From Gammaproteobacteria bacterium (GTDB taxonomy: Bacteria > Pseudomonadota > Gammaproteobacteria > Poriferisulfidales > GCA-002705445): 64,000 nt of DNA. How positions within the stretch are numbered: the stretch's first letter is position 1; each line of letters begins with the position of its first letter. The position numbers and the translations under genes were made by a program. The notes below the pieces were generated by a model, which worked only from the letters and a program-made list of their open reading frames with translations, was not told where the DNA came from and ran no database searches. Shown here piece by piece: positions 28,234-38,421 of the stretch. The stretch lies in the NCBI GenBank assembly GCA_018675635.1, contig JABGXU010000008.1, positions 2,544-66,543 of the forward strand. The letters run 5' to 3'.

Positions 28234-29766
28234 TTATTGCGTTATTTCAATTAATATCATTAAAAAAAGAATAATAAACAAAATCATATTTTTTAATTGA
28301 GATCTTTTAATCTTAGATTTTAAGCTTTCTAGCTCTTTTTGTTGGGAATCATTATTTAATTTATCTTTAATCATAGATAATGTTTCAGGAAATTCTGTTA
28401 TCTCATTAATAAATTTTGGGCTACTCTTAGATAATTTTTTAATTAAAGAAGATATACTCCTATTATCTTTAGTCCATTTTTCAAAAAAAGGTTTAGCTGT
28501 TACCCATAAATCAAGATCTGGGTATAAGTCTCTTCCGAGACCTTCTACATTCAACAAAGTCTTCTGCAGTAAGACTAATTGGGGTTGAACATTCATATTA
28601 AATTGTCTTGCGACAGAAAATAATCTTAGTAATAAATTTCCAAAAGATATTTCTCTTAAAGGCTTCTCAAATATAGGCTCACAAACACTTCTGATTGAAT
28701 TCTCAAACTCATCTACTCTAGTATCTTTACCAACCCATCCCGAATCAACATGTAATTCTGCAACTCTTTTATAGTCCCTTTGAAAAAAAGCTTGAAAATT
28801 TAAAGCTAAATACCTTTGGTCGCTCTCAGACAAAGACCCCATAATCCCAAAATCTACTGCACAATACTTTGGGTCTTCAGGATTTTCGTAAGAAACAAAT
28901 ATATTGCCCGGATGCATATCTGCATGAAAAAAATTATGCTGGAATACCTGTGTAAAAAATATCTCAACCCCTTTTTCAGCTAATCTTTTAATATTTATAT
29001 TCTGTTTATTTAATTCCGCTATATTGCTAATCTGAATACCAAAAATTCTTTCCATAACTAAAACATTCTGCCTGGTATATTCCCAATATATTTCTGGAAC
29101 ATACAAATATGTTGAATTTGTAAAATTTCTTTTTAAAAGATTTGCATTTGAAGCTTCTCTTATAAGATCTAATTCTGCAAAAATAACTTTTTCGTATTCA
29201 TTAACAATCTCTAATGGCTTTAGTCTTTTAGACTCTTTCCAGAATTTATTAATTATTTTTGCAATAAAATACATTAAATGAATGTCTTTCTGAATAAGTC
29301 TTCTAATTCCAGGTCTTAATACTTTTACAACAACATCTTTACCATCTAACTTTGCTGCATGTACTTGAGCAACTGATGCTGAAGCTAGAGGCGCTAAATC
29401 AAATTCATCAAAAACATCATTTACATTATTTCCTATTGCTAATTCGATAGCTTCCTTAGCCTCTTCTCCTGGAAATGGAGTAACATCATCTTGTAATTTA
29501 ACTAACTCCTTCGCAATATCATTAGGAAGTAAATCTTTTCTTGTTGATATAGCTTGCCCTAATTTTACAAATATAGGGCCTAATTCCTCAAATGTTTTTT
29601 TTATCCTTACTCCTCTCTCAAGAGAATTATTTCTTATCCATAAAGCAGGGACAAAAATCCTAAGTATTTTTATAAGCCATAAATACTTAAAATCAAAAAG
29701 GTCCTTATCTAATGAATTTCTCATTATAATAATATAAATTTTTATTAATCTAATTATTTGAATCAT
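28234..29766 (-). CDS. ubiB: Ubiquinone biosynthesis kinase-like protein
   Basis: LGPIFVKLGQ, LASASVAQVH, FFHADMHPGN and DFGIMG motifs. Confidence 0.96.
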   Translation of the reverse strand: MIQIIRLIKIYIIIMRNSLDKDLFDFKYLWLIKILRIFVPALWIRNNSLERGVRIKKTFEELGPIFVKLGQAISTRKDLLPNDIAKELVKLQDDVTPFPGEEAKEAIELAIGNNVNDVFDEFDLAPLASASVAQVHAAKLDGKDVVVKVLRPGIRRLIQKDIHLMYFIAKIINKFWKESKRLKPLEIVNEYEKVIFAELDLIREASNANLLKRNFTNSTYLYVPEIYWEYTRQNVLVMERIFGIQISNIAELNKQNINIKRLAEKGVEIFFTQVFQHNFFHADMHPGNIFVSYENPEDPKYCAVDFGIMGSLSESDQRYLALNFQAFFQRDYKRVAELHVDSGWVGKDTRVDEFENSIRSVCEPIFEKPLREISFGNLLLRLFSVARQFNMNVQPQLVLLQKTLLNVEGLGRDLYPDLDLWVTAKPFFEKWTKDNRSISSLIKKLSKSSPKFINEITEFPETLSMIKDKLNNDSQQKELESLKSKIKRSQLKNMILFIILFLMILIEITQ

Positions 29767-29767
29767 A

Positions 29768-30337
29768 TTATTTAAGCTTATTTAATTTTACATCCATTAC
29801 TTCTATTTTGTTTCGCAATAAATCTACATCCTTGACATATTTATTAATTGAATCTTTAGATGGAATAATATCTGTCTCATCATCAATATATTCTTTAAGG
29901 TTTCGAAATAAACTATCTTCTACTTCATTTGTTTTATTCTTAAGAAAACTAAAAAATTTTGAGGAATAAAATGCTGCGTCATCATTTATATATTCTGCAA
30001 TAATTTGCTCCCAATCGATTTCTATTTTAGATAATAGATTAGAAAAACTGTCTGCTAATGATGCATTCCCTGAGATTTTTATTGTATGATTAGTATTAAT
30101 ATTTTTAATATAATTTAAAAATGCAATTGGGCTTCCTTCTAACACTAAATCTGGATCTGATTCAATAATTTTATGTAACTCTATGGTGCTGTTTACTACT
30201 TTAATATACAAAATAGTTTGTGTATTTTGTAAATTTATAAAAATATTTTTATCATTTAATTGAGAAAATTCTTTTTTTTCTAAATTACTATTTTCAATAG
30301 CTATCTGAATAAATTTATTAATTTTTTTACTAATCAT
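29768..30337 (-). CDS. ubiJ: UbiJ-like SCP2-domain protein
   Basis: Between ubiE and ubiB; ISGNA and IDWEQ motifs; C-terminal coiled coil; divergent sequence. Confidence 0.8.
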   Translation of the reverse strand: MISKKINKFIQIAIENSNLEKKEFSQLNDKNIFINLQNTQTILYIKVVNSTIELHKIIESDPDLVLEGSPIAFLNYIKNINTNHTIKISGNASLADSFSNLLSKIEIDWEQIIAEYINDDAAFYSSKFFSFLKNKTNEVEDSLFRNLKEYIDDETDIIPSKDSINKYVKDVDLLRNKIEVMDVKLNKLK

Positions 30338-31096
30338 TTATATTCTATAACCTTTATGTATGGACACTACTCCTAATGATAAATTATTATATTGGCAATT
30401 TTTGAAATTTGTTTTTTCCATTAATTTTAACAGTTCTTTTTGCGATGGGTGCATTTCAATTGATTCTGCTAAATATTTGTAACTATCTTCATCTTTAGCA
30501 ACATACTTACCTAAATAAGGAATAAAGTTTTTTAAAAATATATTATATGGTTTTTCAATAATTTTTTCTGCTTTCGAAAACTCAAGTATTTGTATAGAAC
30601 CACCTGGCTTTAATGTCCTATATATAGATTGTAAAGCCTTTTCAATATTAGCTGTATTTCTTAAACCAAAAGCTATTGTTACATGGTTAAAACTTTCATC
30701 TTCAAATGATAATTCTTGCGCATCTGCCTGCACATAAGTAATATTTTTAAATATTCCAGAATTAATAAGATTATCTCTACCTTTATTAAGCATAGAATAA
30801 TTTATATCACATGATATAACTTCGCCTTCATCTCCAACTGCTTTACTTATAAGTTTAGATATATCTCCAGTACCTGATGCTAGGTCAAGAACTCTGTCAC
30901 CAGATTTTATATGTGAACATAATAAAAAATAGTGTTTCCAAACTCTGTGTAAACCAAATGACATTAAATCATTCATAAGATCATATTTTTCAGTAACAGA
31001 CGTAAAGACATTGTTTACCAATGAAGTTTTTTGAGTTTCTGAGACTTTTTTATATCCAAAATTAGAGTTATTTTTATTATTGTTTAACTCGTTCAT
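30338..31096 (-). CDS. ubiE: Ubiquinone/menaquinone C-methyltransferase
   Basis: FGY, YDLMNDLMSFGLHRVWK, LDLASGTGD, IAFGLRN and YLAESI motifs. Confidence 0.97.
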   Translation of the reverse strand: MNELNNNKNNSNFGYKKVSETQKTSLVNNVFTSVTEKYDLMNDLMSFGLHRVWKHYFLLCSHIKSGDRVLDLASGTGDISKLISKAVGDEGEVISCDINYSMLNKGRDNLINSGIFKNITYVQADAQELSFEDESFNHVTIAFGLRNTANIEKALQSIYRTLKPGGSIQILEFSKAEKIIEKPYNIFLKNFIPYLGKYVAKDEDSYKYLAESIEMHPSQKELLKLMEKTNFKNCQYNNLSLGVVSIHKGYRI

Positions 31097-31436
31097 ATCC
31101 AGCTTCCTTTAATTTTTTCAAATAATTATTCCATCTTTCTGCATAAGTACTGCTTAGCTCATACAAATAATCCCATGAATAAATACCTGTATCATGGCCA
31201 TCATCATATATTATTTGTATTGCATAATTTCCAACTGGAACAATATTTTGAATCGAAACATTTTCTTTTCCTACCTGTAATTTTTCTTGTCCTGGAGCAT
31301 GGCCCATAACTTCAGCAGAAGGCGAATAAACTCTTAAGTATTCAGCTGCTAAATCAAAAGATTTATCAGAATATTTAAGCGTAATATAAGCAGATTGCTG
31401 GTGTAGATTTATTTCTACAGGAATATTCTCGGCCAT
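31077..31436 (-). CDS. DUF971 / gamma-butyrobetaine hydroxylase N-terminal-like protein
   Basis: EYLRVYSPSAEV and VGNYA...DDGHDTGIYSWDYL motifs. Confidence 0.92.
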   Translation of the reverse strand: MAENIPVEINLHQQSAYITLKYSDKSFDLAAEYLRVYSPSAEVMGHAPGQEKLQVGKENVSIQNIVPVGNYAIQIIYDDGHDTGIYSWDYLYELSSTYAERWNNYLKKLKEAGYERVKQ

Positions 31437-31440
31437 GCAT

Positions 31441-32379
31441 TTAATCCTTGTCTAAAATTTTCTTTGATCTAGGATGTACTTTATCATAAACAGTCATTAG
31501 ATACTGATTATCCAAATGTGTATATATTTGAGTAGTACTAATATTTTCATGGCCCAAAAACTCTTGTACAGCACGAATATTACCAGAAGATTCAAGCAAA
31601 TGAGTTGCGACTGTATGCCTTAATTTGTGGGGATACAATTTTTGTTCTACCCCAGAAGCTTTAGCTAATAAAGACATTCTTAATTGAATATTTCTAACGG
31701 ATAAAAATTTTCCTCTTAAGCCTATAAATAAAAAATCTTCAGAATTATTTAATAAATAAGATTTTCTAATTTTAATCCAAGCATGAATTGCTTCAACTGC
31801 TTTAGAGCCAACAGGAACTATTCTAGTTTTATTACCTTTACCCACAACTCTCAACATAGATTCGTTAAAATTAATACTAGAAAGTTTTAAACCAGCGAGT
31901 TCACTCAACCTTAGTCCAGAAGAATAAAATAATTCAAATATTGCAATATCGCGAATTAATAAATCTTTATTTTTATAATAACCATCTTTTTTTGTTTTAA
32001 TATCAGCTAATAAATTTATATCTTCATGTTGTAAAATTTCAGGCAAATGTTTATCTGCTTTTGGCGATCTTATATTTTCAGCAAAATTTGTCCTAATAAT
32101 TTTGTTTTTTACCATAAAATTAAAAAACCCTCTCAAACTTGATAAAGATCTTTTAATTGATTTTGGGCTTATTCCATTTCTATGTAGTGATGAAATAAAA
32201 TCCCTTATAATTTTTTCATCAATAAGTGATATATCTTCAATATGAACTTTATTACAATATATAATAAATGAATTTAAATCTCTTTTATAAGAAATTATTG
32301 TATTATTTGAATAGTTTAGTACTTTTTCTAATTGGAAAATATATTTATCTAATAAATTTTTTAATTTATTATTACTCAT
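31441..32379 (-). CDS. xerC: Tyrosine recombinase XerC
   Basis: SGLRLSEL, GKGNK, PHKLRH, LGH and TQIYTH motifs; dapF-DUF484-xerC order; ATG overlaps the upstream TGA. Confidence 0.93.
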   Translation of the reverse strand: MSNNKLKNLLDKYIFQLEKVLNYSNNTIISYKRDLNSFIIYCNKVHIEDISLIDEKIIRDFISSLHRNGISPKSIKRSLSSLRGFFNFMVKNKIIRTNFAENIRSPKADKHLPEILQHEDINLLADIKTKKDGYYKNKDLLIRDIAIFELFYSSGLRLSELAGLKLSSINFNESMLRVVGKGNKTRIVPVGSKAVEAIHAWIKIRKSYLLNNSEDFLFIGLRGKFLSVRNIQLRMSLLAKASGVEQKLYPHKLRHTVATHLLESSGNIRAVQEFLGHENISTTQIYTHLDNQYLMTVYDKVHPRSKKILDKD

Positions 32380-33077
32380 CACTTTTGTATATGCTGCTCC
32401 AATGAATATGAGATAGTTTCAGATAATGAATTTAATAAATCAAATTGTAAATCTATACCCATCATTTCGCTTTTATACTTTACTAGGATTATACCTAACG
32501 GAAATTCTATTCCGAGTGGACATATCACAGTAGAATCCAAATTTTCTATTTCATCCCTTAAAGAAAACTTACTAATTAAATTTTCAGTAATAAGAATTGG
32601 TTTTTTTTCTAAATAAATATAATTAATAAAGTTAATAAAATTTTTATTTTTTGGAAAGTATTTCTCATTAATGCAAACTAAACCATTAAGCTTAACAAAC
32701 TTTATATCTATATGCATTGAAGAAAATTCTTTTTCTGCAAAATTCTCAATATAATTTATTAATAATTTAATTTCTCTAAATGATATTATTTCATTAGAAA
32801 ATCTTGTAAGTTTTTCTTGAATACTTTTGTTATTTTTCGCAACTTTAATAATTTCCTTTAGCTTGTTTTCCAATAAATTATTTTCTTTGATTAACGATCT
32901 AATTCTTATATCATCAAATGTAATAACATTTCCTTCATTTTTTTTATAAAGAAGCATTTCGTTAAATAATTTAATATTTTTATTTATTAGATTTGGATTT
33001 TCTGATAAATACTTCAGTACATTTTCTGCAGTAATTTCTTTATTTTGACTGTCTTGTTTTTTCTCTTTAGCTGTCAT
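32379..33077 (-). CDS. DUF484 (YigA-like) protein
   Basis: Between dapF and xerC; VLKYLSENP N-terminal motif; otherwise divergent. Confidence 0.7.
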   Translation of the reverse strand: MTAKEKKQDSQNKEITAENVLKYLSENPNLINKNIKLFNEMLLYKKNEGNVITFDDIRIRSLIKENNLLENKLKEIIKVAKNNKSIQEKLTRFSNEIISFREIKLLINYIENFAEKEFSSMHIDIKFVKLNGLVCINEKYFPKNKNFINFINYIYLEKKPILITENLISKFSLRDEIENLDSTVICPLGIEFPLGIILVKYKSEMMGIDLQFDLLNSLSETISYSLEQHIQK

Positions 33078-33079
33078 AT

Positions 33080-33940
33080 TTATTTAATTTTATATTCACC
33101 TTCATAAACGTAATCTCCTGTTCCATATAAATAAACAGATTTACTAGCATTGCCATTCCATTTTATTTCAGCTTTACCGCCTTTCATATATATATAATAT
33201 TTATTATATTTTTTTGTTTTCTGGGCCATAGCCACGGTAATAGCGCAAGCAGCAGATCCACAAGCTAAAGTTTCTCCAGAGCCTCTTTCAAAGACTCTTG
33301 CCTTATATTTATTACCATTTAATTTTTGAACAATACTAACATTAACCCCTTTGTTGAAATAATTTTTTATATTAAATTGTCTTGAAAATTCTAAAAAATC
33401 TATTTTATCAATATTTTTAATCAAAAATATTACATGTGGATTACCAATTGATAGCCAACTAAATAAATATTTTTTCTTATTGAAAAGAAAAATATTATTT
33501 TTTGGAAATATTTTTTTATTGATTTTTAAATCTGTATCCTTAAAGCTAGGCTTTCCCATATCTACTTCATAAAAATTTCTTTTTATAATTTTTAAGCTCA
33601 TTTTATTAGTTATTGTTTCAATATTTATTTCTTCCTTACTTCTACCGTATTTATCAAAATAATATTTTGCAACACACTTAGCACCATTTCCGCATTGCCC
33701 GGATTCAGAACCATCTTGATTATAAATTTTATATTTAAATTGAATATTTTTTTTATTTGATGTTTCTAATATTAATAATTGATCGCAGCCTATTCCATAA
33801 TTTCTAGATGCGATTTTTTTAATATTATTTTTATTAATTTTGAAATTATTTTTATTAATTTTGAAAGCATTTTTTATTTGATCAATAATTATAAAATCAT
33901 TACCAAGGCTCTGCATTTTTGTAAAATTTATTTTTTTCAT
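33080..33940 (-). CDS. dapF: Diaminopimelate epimerase
   Basis: FTKMQSLGNDF, GIGCDQ, QCGNGAKC, GNPH and ERGSGETLACGS motifs. Confidence 0.96.
   Translation of the reverse strand: MKKINFTKMQSLGNDFIIIDQIKNAFKINKNNFKINKNNIKKIASRNYGIGCDQLLILETSNKKNIQFKYKIYNQDGSESGQCGNGAKCVAKYYFDKYGRSKEEINIETITNKMSLKIIKRNFYEVDMGKPSFKDTDLKINKKIFPKNNIFLFNKKKYLFSWLSIGNPHVIFLIKNIDKIDFLEFSRQFNIKNYFNKGVNVSIVQKLNGNKYKARVFERGSGETLACGSAACAITVAMAQKTKKYNKYYIYMKGGKAEIKWNGNASKSVYLYGTGDYVYEGEYKIK
33824..33866. repeat. Perfect 21-bp tandem duplication inside dapF
   Basis: ATTATTTTTATTAATTTTGAA x2, encoding FKINKNN twice. Confidence 0.9.
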
Positions 33941-33945
33941 ATTAT

Positions 33946-35196
33946 TTATATAATTATTTCTCTTGAGTATAAGTCACTTATCTCTTCTTTTCTGCTTATA
34001 ATAACTGCTTGTCCTTTCTTAATAATAATTTCTGCAGGTCTTGGTCTAGAATTATAATTGCTTGACATAGATGATGCATAAGCACCACATGAGCTTATTA
34101 CCAGTATGTCATTTTGTTGTACTGATAACTTTCTATCTTTTCCTAAAAAATCTGCGCATTCGCACACAGGCCCAACCACATCACACAATATTTCCTCAGC
34201 ATCTTTATTTACATTAATACAAGATATATTATGCCAAGCATCATATAATGCTGGTCTTATTAAGTTATCCATACCTGCATCTACTATCACATAATTTTTT
34301 TCACTATCTTTTTTAATGTATTCAACTTTGGTTAGCAAATAACCAGCATTTCCAACTAAACTTCTCCCAAGCTCTAAAATTATATTGTAATCTTCTAAAT
34401 TGTTATCCTTTATTGCTTTATTTATTGCTTCTCCATATTCTCTTATAGAAGGTACATTATTATTTTTATAAGTTATTCCTAAGCCGCCTCCCATATCTAT
34501 TAACTGCAAATCTATCTGATTGCTTTTTAATTGCTTAATTATCTTAGCAACTGATGTTACTGCCTCTATAAAAGGCTCTAAAGTTTCTATCTGAGAACCA
34601 ATATGATAATCAATTCCAATTAAATTTATAAAATCTTCCGTATGTGCAAAAGAAAAAGCATCCATCATATTGTTTAAATTAATTCCAAATTTTGTAGAAT
34701 TTAAACCAGTCGCTATATACTCATGAGAACCAGGATCAATATTTGGGTTAACTCTTATTGCTACCGGCGCGTTAATTTTTAACTTTGAAGCAATCATGCT
34801 AATACGTTTTAGTTCTTCAATAGACTCAACATTGATGCAATGAATTCCTATTTTGATAGAACGCTCAATATCTTTTTCAGATTTACCAACACCTGAATAT
34901 ACGATCTTTTTTGGATCAGCACCTATTTTTAAGACTCTATCAAGCTCACCCATAGAAACAATGTCAAAACCAGATCCTAAATTTAATAATAATTTTAAAA
35001 TAGTTAAATTTGAATTTGCTTTAACTGAGTAATATACGTCTCTTTTTTCAGTACAAAATATATCTTTAATCTTTTTAAAGCTTCCAGATATAGCCTCTTC
35101 CGAGTATACAAAACAAGGTGTGCCAAAATTATTAGCTATTTCCTTACAAGAAACATTATCAATCATATAAGATTTATTTTTATGCTCTAAATTCAT
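33946..35196 (-). CDS. lysA: Diaminopimelate decarboxylase
   Basis: GTPCFVYS, YSVKANSN (PLP Lys), HIGSQ, GPVCECADF and SSNYNSRPR motifs; start moved to ATG 35196 because lptM occupies the upstream DNA. Confidence 0.96.
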   Translation of the reverse strand: MNLEHKNKSYMIDNVSCKEIANNFGTPCFVYSEEAISGSFKKIKDIFCTEKRDVYYSVKANSNLTILKLLLNLGSGFDIVSMGELDRVLKIGADPKKIVYSGVGKSEKDIERSIKIGIHCINVESIEELKRISMIASKLKINAPVAIRVNPNIDPGSHEYIATGLNSTKFGINLNNMMDAFSFAHTEDFINLIGIDYHIGSQIETLEPFIEAVTSVAKIIKQLKSNQIDLQLIDMGGGLGITYKNNNVPSIREYGEAINKAIKDNNLEDYNIILELGRSLVGNAGYLLTKVEYIKKDSEKNYVIVDAGMDNLIRPALYDAWHNISCINVNKDAEEILCDVVGPVCECADFLGKDRKLSVQQNDILVISSCGAYASSMSSNYNSRPRPAEIIIKKGQAVIISRKEEISDLYSREIII

Positions 35197-35320
35197 TTTG
35201 TTTATTTTCATAGTTAGCATCATCAGGTAAATATAAATCACCTGTTTGCCCACAACCTTTAAGCACTAACAAACTTACAAAGAAACACATTATATATATT
35301 AAAAGATTAATTTTTTTCAT
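35180..35320 (-). CDS. lptM: Small lipoprotein LptM (YifL/LppL family), 46 aa
   Basis: Hand-translated MKKINLLIYIMCFFVSLLVLKGCGQTGDLYLPDDANYENKQNEFRA; CGxxGxLYLP motif; canonical position upstream of lysA. Confidence 0.88.
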   Translation of the reverse strand: MKKINLLIYIMCFFVSLLVLKGCGQTGDLYLPDDANYENKQNEFRA

Positions 35321-36707
35321 ATTCTTTTATAATATTCTTTGCTACTTTAATTTGTCTTTTTACTTCTTCGCGTGAAGTTCCTCCAATAGTTTTTTTACTA
35401 TCTACAGAACCTTTAACATTTAAATAATCAAATATATCTTCTTCAATTTTCGAAGATATATCCTGATACTCTTTTAAAGTTAACTCCTCTAAACCTACTT
35501 TTTTACTTATTGCATATCCAACGGCTTTACCAACAATTTCATGAGCATCTCTAAATGGAACATTTCTTTTAACTAAGTAATCGGCAAAATCAGTTGCTGT
35601 CGAATAACCTTTTTTTGATGAAATTTCTGTAATTTCCTCATTCAGATTCAAATTTTCTAAACATACATTCATAGCATTAAGACACATTAAAACTGTATCA
35701 ACACTAGTAAACAAAGCTGGTTTATCTTCTTGATTATCTCTGTTATATGCAAATGGTTGAGCTTTCATAATCGTAAGAATATTCATTAATTGACCATAAA
35801 CACTTCCAGTTTTTCCTCTAATTAACTCTAACACATCAGGATTTTTTTTCTGGGGCATAATTGAAGACCCAGTGCAGACTTTATCCTCTAATTCAACAAA
35901 GTTGTACATAGTAGAGCACCAAATTATAATTTCTTCAGAAAATCTTGATAAATGAGACATTAGTAACGAAGAATTACTAATAAACTCAATTATAAAATCT
36001 CTGTCACTTACGCTATCTAATGCATTATCAGTTACTGAATCAAACTCTAATAATTTAGCAACATAATTTCTATCAAGCTCATGAGATGAGCCAGATAATG
36101 CCCCAGATCCAAGCGGTGATATATTTACTCTTTTATAACTATCAATAAATCTTGATTTATCTCTTTCTAACATAAAAAACCAAGCCATCATTATAAATCC
36201 AAATGTTATAGGTTGTGCAATCTGTAAATGAGTAAACCCAGGAATAATGCTGTTTGAATACTTGTCAGCTAACTTAATAAGAGTTTTTTGTAAAAGAACA
36301 ATGTTATCGAAGACCTCTATAATTTCGTCTCTGACATATAATCTTATATCTGTTGCAACTTGGTCATTTCTAGATCTTCCAGTATGAATTTTTTTTGCTG
36401 TATCTCCAATTAATTCAATAAGCTCATGCTCGATATGCATATGAATATCTTCTAATGAATCTTCCCAAACAATTTGGTCTTTTTCTATTTTTTTCTCAAC
36501 TTTTACTAAAGCTGAAAGGATTTCTTTGAGTTCGCTATCAGATAAGATACCTATGGATTTTAACATCATAGAGTGTGCTACAGTGCCCTGAATATCATAC
36601 GAATATAGTCTTTTATCGAAATCAATCGATGAAGTGAAGCTTTCTACAAACTTATCAGTTTCTTCAGAAAATCTTCCTTGCCAAGGTTTTTTTGTATTCT
36701 TTGTCAT
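35307..36707 (-). CDS. argH: Argininosuccinate lyase
   Basis: WQGRF, HTGRSRNDQ, PGFTHLQ and GSSIMPQKKNPD motifs. Confidence 0.98.
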   Translation of the reverse strand: MTKNTKKPWQGRFSEETDKFVESFTSSIDFDKRLYSYDIQGTVAHSMMLKSIGILSDSELKEILSALVKVEKKIEKDQIVWEDSLEDIHMHIEHELIELIGDTAKKIHTGRSRNDQVATDIRLYVRDEIIEVFDNIVLLQKTLIKLADKYSNSIIPGFTHLQIAQPITFGFIMMAWFFMLERDKSRFIDSYKRVNISPLGSGALSGSSHELDRNYVAKLLEFDSVTDNALDSVSDRDFIIEFISNSSLLMSHLSRFSEEIIIWCSTMYNFVELEDKVCTGSSIMPQKKNPDVLELIRGKTGSVYGQLMNILTIMKAQPFAYNRDNQEDKPALFTSVDTVLMCLNAMNVCLENLNLNEEITEISSKKGYSTATDFADYLVKRNVPFRDAHEIVGKAVGYAISKKVGLEELTLKEYQDISSKIEEDIFDYLNVKGSVDSKKTIGGTSREEVKRQIKVAKNIIKEYEKN

Positions 36708-36759
36708 TCTGAAATACTATTCAATATAATTATAAGCAAGTATACATTAAGTTGACAAT

Positions 36760-37683
36760 ATGAACGAAAGTTTAATGCCTAAAATTATAAGAATTGCCAC
36801 TAGAAAGAGTCCTTTAGCATTATGGCAAGCCACAAGGGTTAGCGAATTATTAAAAAAAATCGATAATTCTATTAACGTTGAATTAGTTAAAATAACTACT
36901 TCTGGAGATAAAATTTTAGAAAAACCTCTTTATAATATTGGTGGCAAATCACTTTTTTTAAAAGAACTTGAGCAATCATTGCTAGATAAAGATTGCCATA
37001 TTGCAGTTCATTCAATGAAAGATATGCCGGCAGAACTTCATAAAGATTTAATTATAAGCGCTATATTAGAAAGAGAAGATTCTAGAGATGTACTAATATG
37101 CAAAAAATTTAATTCACTTTTAGAATTTACTAAGAATTCTACAATCGGAACTTCCAGCATAAGAAGAATTTGTAATTTAAAATATGAATACCCAAATATT
37201 CAAATAACGGATATGCGAGGAAATATTGATACAAGAATTAAAAAAATTGATAATAATGAAATAGATGGAATAATACTTGCTGCTGCTGGAGTAAAAAGAC
37301 TAGGGTTAGAAAAATATATTACCTCATATATGAATAAAGAAGTGTGGATACCTGCAATAGGACAAGGGGCTATCGGCATAGAATCAAGAAAAGATAATTT
37401 AATAATAAACAATTTAATAAATAAATTAAATCATAAATTAACAAGCTTATGTGTTAATGCAGAAAGAGAAGTTAGTAAGTTTTTTGAAGCTAGTTGCAGT
37501 ACGCCTATAGCAGCAAATGCTATTATAAATAATAATAAAATAGTTATATCTTCAATGATTGGGTCAATTGATGGAAATAAAAAAATCTATCATAAAGAAA
37601 ATGGATTGGTGGAAGATTCGCAAAAAATTGGCCGTGAAGTTGCAATTGGATTAGAAAGAAAGGGAGCTAGAAAATTACTATAA
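36760..37683 (+). CDS. hemC: Hydroxymethylbilane synthase
   Basis: IATRKSPLALWQ, AVHSMKD, GTSSIRR, RGNIDTR and PAIGQG motifs. Confidence 0.97.
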   Translation: MNESLMPKIIRIATRKSPLALWQATRVSELLKKIDNSINVELVKITTSGDKILEKPLYNIGGKSLFLKELEQSLLDKDCHIAVHSMKDMPAELHKDLIISAILEREDSRDVLICKKFNSLLEFTKNSTIGTSSIRRICNLKYEYPNIQITDMRGNIDTRIKKIDNNEIDGIILAAAGVKRLGLEKYITSYMNKEVWIPAIGQGAIGIESRKDNLIINNLINKLNHKLTSLCVNAEREVSKFFEASCSTPIAANAIINNNKIVISSMIGSIDGNKKIYHKENGLVEDSQKIGREVAIGLERKGARKLL

Positions 37684-37685
37684 GT

Positions 37686-38405
37686 ATGTATATTTTAATT
37701 ACAAGACAATTAGAGCAATCAAAAAAATTTTCATCTCTTTTAAAGAAAAAAAATATAAAAAATTTTATATTGCCAGCTATAAATATTAAAAATATTAAGC
37801 CAAAGGCTCATGATCTTGAAAATTTACATAAATCTAATTTTATAATTTTTACTAGCCAAAATTCTGTAACATCGTTGATGGAAAATTTAACACCTAAAAA
37901 TCTACGTAATAAAAAAATAGCTGCTATAGGAAAATCAACAAAACAAATTCTTAATGATATGAAAATTCACGTTGATATATGCCCTAAGTCCGATTTTACA
38001 AGTGAATCACTTCTACAAGAAATTAAAGAAAATGCAATTATTAATAAAAAAATTCTTGTTATTAAAGGCCTTGGCGGGAGAACATATTTACATGAAGAAT
38101 TATTAAAAGAAAACACTGTATATGATGACTTAGTTATATATGAAAGACATTTACCTGAAGGTATTAATAAATTTTCGCCTTCTGTATTAAAAGATATTAC
38201 TCATATTTGTATTACTAGCATTGATGTGCTTAATAATTTTTTAGTAATATGCAATATTTTAAAAATAAAAATCGAAAAACATGTTATTTTTGTTGCTGGA
38301 AACCAAAGAATCGCAAATGAATGTAGAAATTTCTTTTCTTTTAATAAAGTTTTAATTTCATTAAATCCAAGTAATGGAGAAATGCTAAAAACAATTTTAA
38401 ATTAA
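37686..38405 (+). CDS. hemD: Uroporphyrinogen-III synthase
   Basis: ILITR, IFTSQNSV, AIGKST, TSESLL, GGRTYL and YER motifs; follows hemC. Confidence 0.9.
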   Translation: MYILITRQLEQSKKFSSLLKKKNIKNFILPAINIKNIKPKAHDLENLHKSNFIIFTSQNSVTSLMENLTPKNLRNKKIAAIGKSTKQILNDMKIHVDICPKSDFTSESLLQEIKENAIINKKILVIKGLGGRTYLHEELLKENTVYDDLVIYERHLPEGINKFSPSVLKDITHICITSIDVLNNFLVICNILKIKIEKHVIFVAGNQRIANECRNFFSFNKVLISLNPSNGEMLKTILN

Positions 38406-38421
38406 AAAAAATTTTAATTTC

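Noticed and set aside
31441..32379. Tyrosine recombinase as a possible integrase or integron
   Set aside because: Sits in the dapF-DUF484-xerC housekeeping operon; no att sites, cassettes or cargo
35197..35253. N-terminal extensions given by the ORF track for lysA (also ampD, engB, obgE, rpsT, lspA, coaBC)
   Set aside because: Upstream alternative starts overlap other genes, terminators or promoters; downstream ATGs match the family N-termini
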